The translations under genes were made by a program, and so were the position numbers. A stretch of 64,000 nt of DNA from Eledone cirrhosa (taxonomy: Eukaryota). Location: contig CAXHJY010000054.1 in NCBI GenBank assembly GCA_964016885.1, positions 62,001 to 126,000 on the forward strand, written 5' to 3'. The notes below the pieces were generated by a model that saw nothing but the letters and a program-made list of their open reading frames with translations, was not told where the DNA came from and searched no databases. Of this stretch, positions 48,401 to 59,900 are shown piece after piece. How positions within the stretch are numbered: position 1 is the stretch's first letter; the number at the start of each line of letters is the position of its first letter.

Positions 48401-51400
48401 CTTAGGATAGCTTAGCTTAGCTTAGCTTAGGATAGCTTAGCTTAGCTTAGCTTAGGATAGCTTAGCTTAGCTTAGCTTAGGATAGCTTAGCTTAGCTTAG
48501 CTTCGGATAGCTTAGGATAGCTTAGCTTAGGATAGCTTAGCTTAGCTTAGCTTAGGATAGCTTAGCTTAGCTTAGCTTAGGATAGCTTAGCTTAGGATAG
48601 CTTAGGATAGCTTAGGATAGCTTAGCTTAGCTTAGCTTAGGATAGCTTAGCTTAGCTTAGCTTAGGATAGCTTAGCTTAGCTTAGGATAGCTTAGCTTAG
48701 CTTAGCTTAGGATAGCTTAGCTTAGGATAGCTTAGGAAAGCTTAGCTTAGCTTAGCTTAGGATAGCTTAGCTTAGCTTAGCTTAGGTTAGCTTAGCTTAG
48801 CTTAGGATAACTTAGCTTAGCTTAGCTTAGGATAGCTTAGCTTAGCTTAGCTTAGGATAGCTTAGGATAGCTTAGCTTAGGATAGCTTAGGATAGCTTAG
48901 CTTAGGATAGCTTAGGATAGCTTAGCTTAGGATAGCTTAGGATAGCTTAGCTTAGGATAGCTTAGCTTAGCTTAGTATAGCTTAGCTTAGCTTAGCTTAG
49001 GATAGCTTAGCTTAGCTTAGGATAGCTTAGCTTAGCTTAGCTTAGGATAGCTTAGCTTAGCTTAGGATAGCTTAGCTTAGCTTAGCTTAGGATAGCTTAG
49101 CTTAGCTTAGGATAGCTTAGCTTAGCTTAGGATAGCTTAGCTTAGCTTAGGTTGGCTTAGCTTAGCTTAGCTTAGGATAGCTTAGCTTAGGATAGCTTAG
49201 GATAGCTTAGCTTAGGATAGCTTAGGATAGCTTAGCTTAGGATAGCTTAGCTTAGGATAGCTTAGGATAGCTTAGCTTAGGATAGCTTAGGATAGCTTAG
49301 CTTAGGATAGCTTAGCTTAGCTTAGCTTAGGATAGCTTAGCTTAGCTTAGCTTAGGATAGCTTAGCTTAGCTTAGCTTAGGATAGCTTAGCTTAGCTTAG
49401 CTTCGGATAGCTTAGGATAGCTTAGCTTAGGATAGCTTAGCTTAGCTTAGCTTAGGATAGCTTAGCTTAGCTTAGCTTAGGATAGCTTAGCTTAGCTTAG
49501 CTTCGGATAGCTTAGGATAGCTTAGCTTAGGATAGCTTAGGATAGCTTAGGATAGCTTAGCTTAGCTTAGCTTAGGATAGCTTAGCTTAGCTTAGCTTAG
49601 GATAGCTTAGCTTAGCTTAGCTTAGGATAGCTTAGCTTAGCTTAGCTTAGGATAGCTTAGCTTAGGTTGGCTTAGCTTAGCTTAGCTTAGGATAGCTTAG
49701 CTTAGGATAGCTTAGGATAGCTTAGCTTAGGATAGCTTAGGATAGCTTAGCTTAGGATAGCTTAGCTTAGGATAGCTTAGGATAGCTTAGCTTAGGATAG
49801 CTTAGGATAGCTTAGCTTAGGATAGCTTAGCTTAGCTTAGCTTAGGATAGCTTAGCTTAGCTTAGCTTAGGATAGCTTAGCTTAGCTTAGCTTAGGATAG
49901 CTTAGCTTAGCTTAGCTTCGGATAGCTTAGGATAGCTTAGCTTAGGATAGCTTAGCTTAGCTTAGCTTAGGATAGCTTAGCTTAGCTTAGCTTAGGATAG
50001 CTTAGCTTAGCTTAGCTTAGGATAGCTTAGGATAGCTTAGCTTAGGATAGCTTAGGATAGCTTAGGATAGCTTAGCTTAGCTTAGCTTAGGATAGCTTAG
50101 CTTAGCTTAGCTTAGGATAGCTTAGCTTAGCTTAGCTTAGGATAGCTTAGCTTCGCTTAGCTTAGGATAGCTTAGCTTAGCTTAGCTTAGGATAGCTTAG
50201 GATAGCTTAGCTTAGGATAGCTTAGGATAGCTTAGGATAGCTTAGCTTAGCTTAGCTTAGGATAGCTTAGCTTAGCTTAGCTCAGGATAGCTTAGCTTAG
50301 CTTAGCTTAGGATAGCTTATCTTAGCTTAGCTTAGGATAGCTTAGCTTAGGTTAGCTTAGGATAGCTTAGCTTAGCTTAGCTTAGGATAGCTTAGCTTAG
50401 CTTGGCTTAGGATAGCTTAGCTTAGCTTAGCTTAGGATAGCCTAGCTTAGCTTAGTATGACTTAGCTTAGCTTAGCTTAGGATAGCTTAGCTTAGCTTAG
50501 CTTAGGATAGCTTAGCTTAGTTTAGGATAGCTTAGCTTAGCTTAGCTTAGCTTAGGATAGCTTAGGATAGCTTAGCTTAGGATAGCTTAGGATAGCTTAT
50601 CTTAGGATAGCTTAGCTTAGGATAGCTTAGCTTAGGATAGCTTCGGATAGCTTAGCTTAGGATAGCTTAGGATAGCTTAGCTTAGGATAGCTTAGGATAG
50701 CTTAGCTTAGGATAATTTAGCTTAGGATAGCTAAGGATAGCTTAGCTTAGCTTAGCTTAGGATAGCTTAGCTTAGCTTAGCTTAGGATAGCTTAGCTTAG
50801 CTTAGCTTAGGATAGCTTAGGATAGCTTAGCTTAGGATAGTTTAGGATAGCTTAGCTTAGGATAGCTTAGGATAGCTTAGCTTAGGATAGCTTAGGATAG
50901 CTTAGCTTAGGATAGCTTAGCTTAGGATAGCTTAGCTTAGGATAGCTTAGCTTAGCTTAGCTTAGGATAGCTTAGCTTAGGATAGCTTAGGATAGCTTAG
51001 GATAGCTTAGCTTAGGATAGCTTAGGATAGCTTAGCTTAGCTTAGCTTAGGATAGCTTAGCTTAGCTTAGCTTAGGATAGCTTAGCTTAGCTTAGCTTAG
51101 GATAGCTTAGCTTAGCTTAGGATAGCTTAGCTTAGCTTAGCTTAGGATAGCTTAGCTTAGCTTAGCTTAGGATAGCTTAGGATAGCTTACCTTAGGATAG
51201 CTTAGGATAGCTTAGCTTAGGATAGCTTAGCTTAGGATAGCTTAGCTTAGGATAGCTTAGCTTAGCTTAGCTTAGGATAGCTTAGCTTAGCTTAGCTTAG
51301 GATAGCTTAGCTTAGCTTAGGATAGCCTAGCTTAGCTTAGCTTAGGATAGCTTAGCTTAGCTTGGCTTAGGATAGCTTAGCTTAGCTTAGGATAGCTTAG

Positions 51401-53820
51401 CTTGGCTTAGCTTAGGATAGCTTAGCTTAGCTTAGCTTAGGATAGCTTAGCTTAGCTTAGCTTAGGATAGCTTAGCTTAGTTTAGGATAGCTTAGCTTAG
51501 CTTAGCTTAGGATAGCTTAGCTTAGCTTGGCTTAGGATAGCTTAGCTTAGCTTAGCTTAGGATAGCTTAGCTTAGCTTAGGATAGCTTAGGATAGCTTAG
51601 CTTAGGATAGCTTTGGATAGCTTAGCTTAGGATAGCTTAGCTTAGGATAGCTTAGCTTAGGATAGCTTAGGATATCTTAGCTTAGGATAGCTTAGCTTAG
51701 GATAGCTTAGGATAGCTTAGCTTAGCTTAGGATAGCTTAGCTTAGCTTAGCTTAGGATAGTTTAGCTTAGCTTAGCTTAGCTTAGGATAGCTTAGCTTAG
51801 CTTAGCTTAGCTTAGGATAGCTTAGCTTAGCTTAGCTTAGGATAGCTTAGGATAGCTTAGCTTAGGATAGCTTAGCTTAGGATAGCTTAGCTTAGCTTAG
51901 CTTAGGTTAGCTTAGCTTAGGATAGCTTAGGATAGCTTAGCTTAGGATAGCTTAGCTTAGGATAGCTTAGGATAACTTAGCTTAGCTTAGCTTAGGATAG
52001 CTTAGCTTAGCCTAGCTAAGGATAGCTTAGCTTAGCTTAGGATAGCTTAGCTTAGCTTAGCTTAGGATAGCTTAGCTTAGCTTAGCTTAGCTTAGGATAG
52101 CTTAGCTTAGCTTAGGATAGCTTAGGATAGCTTAGGATAGCTTAGCTTAGCTTAGCTTAGGATAGCTTAGCTTAGCTTAGCTTAGGATAGCTTAGCTTAG
52201 CTTAGCTTAGAATAGCTTAGCTTAGCTTAGGATAGCTTAGCTTAGCTTAGCTTAGGATAGCTTAGCTTAGCTTAGCTTAGGATAGCTTAGCTTAGCTTAG
52301 CTTAGGATAGCTTAGCTTAGCTTAGGATAGCTTAGCTTAGCTTAGCTTAGGATAGCTTAGCTTAGCTTAGCTTAGGATAGCTTAGCTTAGCTTAGGATAG
52401 CTTAGCTTAGCTTAGCTTAGGATAGCCTAGCTTAGCTTAGCTTAGGATAGCTTAGCTTAGCTTAGCTTAGGATAGCTTAGCTTAGCTTAGCTTAGGATAG
52501 CTTAGCTTAGCTTAGCTTAGGATAGCTTAGCTTAGCTTAGCTTAGCATAGCTTAGCTTAGCATAGCTTAGCTTAGCTTAGCTTAGGATAGCTTAGCTTAG
52601 CTTAGCTTAGGAGAGCTTAGCTTAGCTTAGCTTAGGATAGCTTAGCTTAGCTTAGCTTAGGAGAGCTTAGCTTAGCTTAGCTTAGGATAGCTTAGCTTAG
52701 CTTAGCTTAGGATAGCTTAGCTTAGCTTAGCTTAGGATAGCTTAGCTTAGCTTAGCTTAGGATAGCTTAGCTTAGGATAGCTTAGCTTAGCTTAGCTTAG
52801 TATAGCTTAGCTTAGCTTAGCTTAGGATAGCTTAGCTTAGGATAGCTTAGCTTAGGATAGCTTAGCTTAAGATAGCTTAGGATAGCTTAGCTTAGGATAG
52901 CTTAGGATAGCTTAGCTTAGGATAGCTTAGCTTAGCTTAGCTTAGGATAGCTTAGCTTAGCTTAGCTTAGGATAGATTAGCTTAGCTTGGCTTAGGATAG
53001 CTTAGCTTAGCTTTGCTTAGGATAGCCTAGCTTAGCTTAGCTTAGGATGGCTTAGCTTAGATTAGCTTAGGATAGCTTAGCTTAGCTTAGCTTAGGATAG
53101 CTTAGCTTAGTTTAGGATAGCTTAGCTTAGCTTAGCTTAGCTTAGGATAGCTTAGGATAGCTTAGCTTAGGATATCTTAGGATAGCTTAGCTTAGGATAG
53201 CTTAGGATAGCTTAGCTTAGGATAGCTTAGCTTAGGTTAGCTTAGGATAGCTTAGCTTAGGATAGCTTAGGATAGCTTAGCTTAGGATAGCTTAGGATAG
53301 CTTAGCTTAGGATAGCTTAGCTTAGGATAGCTTAGGAAAGCTTAGCTTAGCTTAGCTTAGGATAGCTTAGCTTAGCTTAGCTTAGGATAGCTTAGCTTAG
53401 CTTAGCTTAGGATAGCTTAGGATAGCTTAGCTTAGGATAGCTTAGCTTAGGTTAGCTTAGCTTAGGATAGCTTAGGATAGCTTAGCTTAGGATAGCTTAG
53501 CTTAGGATAGCTTAGGATAGCTTAGCTTAGCTTAGCATAGGATAGCTTAGCTTAGCTTAGCTTAGGATAGCTTAGCTTAGCTTAGCTTAGCTTAGGATAG
53601 CTTAGCTTAGCTTAGCTTAGGATAGCTTAGGATAGCTTAGCTTAGGATAGTTTAGGATAGCTTAGCTTAGGATAGCTTAGGATAGCTTAGGATAGCTTAG
53701 CTTAGGATAGCTTAGCTTAGGCTAGCTTAGCTTAGCTTAGCTTAGGATAGCTTAGCTTAGGATAGCTTAGGATAGCTTAGCTTAGGATAGCTTAGCTTAG
53801 GATAGCTTAGGATAGCTTAG

Positions 53821-56800
53821 ATTAGCTTAGGATAGCTTAGCTTAGCTTAGGATAGCTTAGCTTAGCTTAGGATAGCTTAGCTTAGCTTAGCTTAGGATAG
53901 CTTAGGATAGCTTAGCATAGGAGAGCTTAGCTTAGCTTAGCTTAGGATAGCTTAGCTTAGCTTAGCTTAGCTTAGGATAGCTTAGCTTAACTTAGCTTAG
54001 GATAGCTTAGCTTAGCTTAGCTTAGGATAGCTTAGCTTAGCTTAGCTTAGGATAGCTTAGCTTAGCTTAGGATAGCTTAGCTTAGCTTAGCTTAGGATAG
54101 CTTAGCTTAGCTTAGCTTAGGATAGCTTAGCTTAGCTTAGCTTAGGATAGCTTAGCTTAGCTTAGCTTAGGATAGCTTAGCTTAGCTTAGCTTAGGATAG
54201 CTTAGCTTAGCTTAGCTTAGGATAGCTTAGCTTAGCTTAGCTTAGCATAGCTTAGCTTAGCTTAGCTTAGGATAGCTTAGCTTAGCTTAGCTTAGGAGAG
54301 CTTAGCTTAGCTTAGCTTAGGATAGCTTAGCTTAGCTTAGCTTAGGAGAGCTTAGCTTAGCTTAGCTTAGGATAGCTTAGCTTAGCTTAGCTTAGGATAG
54401 CTTAGCTTAGCTTAGCTTAGGATAGCTTAGCTTAGCTTAGCTTAGGATAGCTTAGCTTAGCTTAGCTTAGCTTAGGATAGCTTAGCTTAGCTTAGCTTAG
54501 TATAGCTTAGCTTAGCTTAGCTTAGGATAGCTTAGCTTAGGATAGCTTAGCTTAGGATAGCTTAGCTTAAGATAGCTTAGGATAGCTTAGCTTAGGATAG
54601 CTTAGGATAGCTTAGCTTAGGATAGCTTAGCTTAGCTTAGCTTAGGATAGCTTAGCTTAGCTTAGCTTAGGATAGATTAGCTTAGCTTGGCTTAGGATAG
54701 CTTAGCTTAGCTTTGCTTAGGATAGCCTAGCTTAGCTTAGCTTAGGATGGCTTAGCTTAGCTTAGCTTAGGATAGCTTAGCTTAGCTTAGCTTAGGATAG
54801 CTTAGCTTAGTTTAGGATAGCTTAGCTTAGCTTAGCTTAGCTTAGGATAGCTTAGGATAGCTTAGCTTAGGATATCTTAGGATAGCTTAGCTTAGGATAG
54901 CTTAGGATAGCTTAGCTTAGGATAGCTTAGCTTAGCTTAGCTTAGCTTAGCTTAGGATAGATTAGCTTAGCTTGGCTTAGGATAGCTTAGCTTAGCTTTG
55001 CTTAGGATAGCCTAGCTTAGCTTAGCTTAGGATGGCTTAGCTTAGCTTAGCTTAGGATAGCTTAGCTTAGCTTAGCTTAGGATAGCTTAGCTTAGTTTAG
55101 GATAGCTTAGCTTAGCTTAGCTTAGCTTAGGATAGCTTAGGATAGCTTAGCTTAGGATATCTTAGGATAGCTTAGCTTAGGATAGCTTAGGATAGCTTAG
55201 CTTAGGATAGCTTAGCTTAGGTTAGCTTAGGATAGCTTAGCTTAGGATAGCTTAGGATAGCTTAGCTTAGGATAGCTTAGGATAGCTTAGCTTAGGATAG
55301 CTTAGCTTAGGATAGCTTAGGAAAGCTTAGCTTAGCTTAGCTTAGGATAGCTTAGCTTAGCTTAGCTTAGGATAGCTTAGCTTAGCTTAGCTTAGGATAG
55401 CTTAGGATAGCTTAGCTTAGGATAGCTTAGCTTAGGTTAGCTTAGCTTAGGATAGCTTAGGATAGCTTAGCTTAGGATAGCTTAGCTTAGGATAGCTTAG
55501 GATAGCTTAGCTTAGCTTAGCATAGGATAGCTTAGCTTAGCTTAGCTTAGGATAGCTTAGCTTAGCTTAGCTTAGCTTAGGATAGCTTAGCTTAGCTTAG
55601 CTTAGGATAGCTTAGGATAGCTTAGCTTAGGATAGTTTAGGATAGCTTAGCTTAGGATAGCTTAGGATAGCTTAGGATAGCTTAGCTTAGGATAGCTTAG
55701 CTTAGGATAGCTTAGCTTAGCTTAGCTTAGGATAGCTTAGCTTAGGATAGCTTAGGATAGCTTAGCTTAGGATAGCTTAGCTTAGGATAGCTTAGCTTAG
55801 CTTAGGATAGCTTAGCTTAGCTTAGGATAGCTTAGCTTAGCTTAGGATAGCTTAGCTTAGCTTAGCTTAGGATAGCTTAGGATAGCTTAGCTTAGGAGAG
55901 CTTAGCTTAGCTTAGCTTAGGATAGCTTAGCTTAGCTTAGCTTAGCTTAGGATAGCTTAGCTTAACTTAGCTTAGGATAGCTTAGCTTAGCTTAGCTTAG
56001 GATAGCTTAGCTTAGCTTAGCTTAGGATAGCTTAGGATAGCTTAGGATAGCTTACCTTAGGAGAGCTTAGCTTAGGATAGCTTAGCTTAGGATAGCTTAG
56101 GATAGCTTAGCTTAGGATAGCTTAGCTTAGGATAGCTTAGCTTAGCTTAGCTTAGGATAGCTTAGCTTAGCTTAGCTTAGGATAGCTTAGCTTAGCTTAG
56201 CTTAGGATAGCTTAGGATAGCTTAGCTTAGGATAGCTTAGGATAGCTTAGCTTAGGATAGCTTAGGATAGCTTAGCTTAGGATAGCTTAGGATAGCTTAG
56301 CTTAGGATAGCTTAGGATAGCTTAGCTTAGGATAGCTTAGCTTAGGATAGCTTAGCTTAGCTTAGCTTAGGATAGCTTAGCTTAGCTTAGCTTAGGATAG
56401 ATTAGCTTAGCTTGGCTTAGGATAGCTTAGCTTAGCTTTGCTTAGGATAGCCTAGCTTAGCTTAGCTTAGGATGGCTTAGCTTAGCTTAGCTTAGGATAG
56501 CTTAGCTTAGCTTAGCTTAGGATAGCTTAGCTTAGTTTAGGATAGCTTAGCTTAGCTTAGCTTAGCTTAGGATAGCTTAGGATAGCTTAGCTTAGGATAT
56601 CTTAGGATAGCTTAGCTTAGGATAGCTTAGGATAGCTTAGCTTAGGATAGCTTAGCTTAGGTTAGCTTAGGATAGCTTAGCTTAGGATAGCTTAGGATAG
56701 CTTAGCTTAGGATAGCTTAGGATAGCTTAGCTTAGGATAGCTTAGCTTAGGATAGCTTAGGAAAGCTTAGCTTAGCTTAGCTTAGGATAGCTTAGCTTAG

Positions 56801-56950
56801 CTTAGCTTAGGATAGCTTAGCTTAGCTTAGCTTAGGATAGCTTAGGATAGCTTAGCTTAGGATAGCTTAGCTTAGGTTAGCTTAGCTTAGGATAGCTTAG
56901 GATAGCTTAGCTTAGGATAGCTTAGCTTAGGATAGCTTAGGATAGCTTAG
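53821..56950 (-). repeat. Right-arm-specific ~3.13-kb expansion made of re-copied pieces of the neighbouring array
   Basis: The mirror sum jumps from 72938 to 76068. The insert holds three extra copies of the landmark block ATTAG..CTTGG..CTTTG..CCTAG..GATGG..TTTAG..GATAT (starting ~54676, ~54961, ~56401; collinear copy at ~52976). Breakpoints are approximate. Confidence 0.85.
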
Positions 56951-59900
56951 CTTAGCTTAGCATAGGATAGCTTAGCTTAGCTTAGCTTAGGATAGCTTAG
57001 CTTAGCTTAGCTTAGCTTAGGATAGCTTAGCTTAGCTTAGCTTAGCTTAGGATAGCTTAGCTTAGGATAGTTTAGGATAGCTTAGCTTAGGATAGCTTAG
57101 GATAGCTTAGGATAGCTTAGCTTAGGATAGCTTAGCTTAGGATAGCTTAGCTTAGCTTAGCTTAGGATAGCTTAGCTTAGGATAGCTTAGGATAGCTTAG
57201 CTTAGGATAGCTTAGCTTAGCTTAGGATAGCTTAGCTTAGCTTAGGATAGCTTAGCTTAGCTTAGGATAGCTTAGCTTAGCTTAGCTTAGGAGAGCTTAG
57301 CTTAGCTTAGCTTAGGATAGCTTAGCTTAGCTTAGCTTAGCTTAGGATAGCTTAGCTTAACTTAGCTTAGGATAGCTTAGCTTAGCTTAGCTTAGGATAG
57401 CTTAGCTTAGCTTAGCTTAGGATAGCTTAGGATAGCTTAGGATAGCTTACCTTAGGAGAGCTTAGCTTAGGATAGCTTAGCTTAGGATAGCTTAGGATAG
57501 CTTAGCTTAGGATAGCTTAGCTTAGGATAGCTTAGCTTAGCTTAGCTTAGGATAGCTTAGCTTAGCTTAGCTTAGGATAGCTTAGCTTAGCTTAGCTTAG
57601 GATAGCTTAGGATAGCTTAGCTTAGGATAGCTTAGGATAGCTTAGCTTAGGATAGCTTAGGATAGCTTAGCTTAGGATAGCTTAGGATAGCTTAGCTTAG
57701 GATAGCTTAGCTTAGGATAGCTTAGCTTAGCTTAGCTTAGGATAGCTTAGCTTGGGATAGCTTAGGATAGCTTAGCTTAGGATAGCTTAGGATAGCTTAG
57801 CTTAGGATAGATTAGGATAGCTTAGCTTAGGATAGCTTAGGATAGCTTAGCTTAGGATAGCTTAGCTTAGGATAGCTTAGCTTAGCTTAGCTTAGGATAG
57901 CTTAGCTTGGGATAGCTTAGGATAGCTTAGCTTAGGATAGCTTAGGATAGCTTAGCTTAGCTTAGCTTAGGATAGCTTAGTTTAGCTTAGCTTAGGATAG
58001 CTTAGCTTAGCTTAGGATAGCTTAGCTTAGCTTAGCTTAGGATAGCTTAGCTTAGCTTAGCTTAGGATAGCTTAGCTTAGCTTAGCTTAGGATAGCTTAG
58101 CTTAGCATAGCTTAGCTTAGGATAGCTTAGCTTAGGATAGCTTAGCTTAGGATAGCTTAGGATAGCTTAGCTTAGGATAGCTTAGCTTAGGATAGCTTAG
58201 CTTAGCTTAGCTTAGGATAGCTTAGCTTAGCTTAGGATAGCTTAGCTTAGGATAGCTTAGCTTAGGATAGCTTAGGAAAGCTTAGCTTAGGATAGCTTAG
58301 CTTGGCTTAGGATAGCTTAGCTTAGCTTAGGATAGCTTAGCTTAGCTTAGCTTAGGATAGCTTAGCTTAGCTTAGCTTAGCTTAGGATAGCTTAGCTTAG
58401 GATAGCTTAGCTTAGGATAGCTTAGCTTAAGATAGCTTAGGATAGCTTAGCTTAGGATAGCTTAGGATAGCTTAGCTTAGGATAGCTTAGCTTAGCTTAG
58501 CTTAGCTTAGCTTAGCTTGGCTTAGGATAGCTTAGCTTAGCTTGGCTTAGGATAGCTTAGCTTAGCTTTGCTTAGGATAGCCTAGCTTAGCTTAGCTTAG
58601 GATGGCTTAGCTTAGCTTAGCTTAGGATAGCTTAGCTTAGCTTAGCTTAGGATAGCTTAGCTTAGTTTAGGATAGCTTAGCTTAGCTTAGCTTAGGATAG
58701 CTTAGCTTAGCTTGGCTTAGGATAGCTTAGCTTAGCTTAGCTTAGGATAGCTTAGCTTAGGATAGCTTAGCTTAGGATAGCTTAGGATAGCTTAGCTTAG
58801 GATAGCTTAGCTTAGGATAGCTTAGGACAGCTTAGCTTAGGATAGCTTAGGATAGCTTAGCTTAGGATAGCTTAGGATAGCTTAGCTTAGCTTAGCTTAG
58901 GATAGCTTAGCTTAGCTTAGCTTAGGATAGCTTAGGATAGCTTAGCTTAGGATAGCTTTGGATAGCTTAGCTTAGGATAGCTTAGCTTAGGATAGCTTAG
59001 CTTAGGATAGCTTAGGATAGCTTAGCTTAGGATAGCTTAGGATATCTTAGCTTAGGATAGCTTAGCTTAGGATAGCTTAGGATAGTTTAGCTTAGCTTAG
59101 GATAGCTTAGCTTAGCTTAGCTTAGGATAGCTTAGCTTAGCTTAGCTTAGGATAGCTTAGGATAGCTTAGCTTAGGATAGCTTAGCTTAGGATAGCTTAG
59201 CTTAGGATAGCTTAGGTTAGCTTAGGATAGCTTAGCTTAGGATAGCTTAGCTTAGGATAGCTTAGGATAGCTTAGCTTAGCTTAGCTTAGGATAGCTTAG
59301 CTTAGCTAAGGATAGCTTAGCTTAGCTTAGGATAGCTTAGCTTAGCTTAGCTTAGGATAGCTTAGCTTAGCTTAGCTTAGGATAGCTTAGCTTAGCTTAG
59401 CTTAGGATAGCTTAGCTTAGGATAGCTTAGCTTAGGATAGCTTAGCTTAGGATAGCTTAGGATAGCTTAGCTTAGCTTAGCTTAGGATAGCTTAGCTTAG
59501 CTTAGCTTAGCTTAGGATAGCTTAGCTTAGCTTAGGATAGCTTAGCTTAGCTTAGCTTAGGATAGCTTAGCTTAGGATAGCTTAGGATAGCTTAGCTTAG
59601 CTTAGCTTAGCTTAGCTTAGCTTAGGATAGCTTAGCTTAGCTTAGCTTAGGATAGCTTAGCTTAGCTTAGCTTAGGATAGCTTAGCTTAGCTTAGGATAG
59701 CTTAGCTTAGCTTAGCTTAGGATAGCTTAGCTTAGCTTAGCTTACGATAGCTTAGCTTAGCTTAGCTTAGGATAGCTTAGCTTAGCTTAGCTTAGGATAG
59801 CTTAGCTTAGCTTAGCTTAGCATAGCTTAGCTTAGCTTAGCTTAGGATAGCTTAGCTTAGCTTAGCTTAGGATAGCTTAGCTTAGGATAGCTTAGCTTAG

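Larger units (their letters stand above)
19118..53820. repeat. Core of the giant inverted repeat, two collinear arms of ~17.35 kb
   Basis: Mirrored landmarks: CGAAG G35957 / C36986; CTATCCTATC 34601-34610 / GATAGGATAG 38333-38342; CTAGG 22498-22502 / CCTAG 50441-50445 (sum 72943). After one 5-bp indel: CTTAG 22203 / CTAAG 50731, TTATC 20963 / GATAA 51971, CTAGC 19213 / GCTAG 53721 (sum 72938). Confidence 0.95.
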
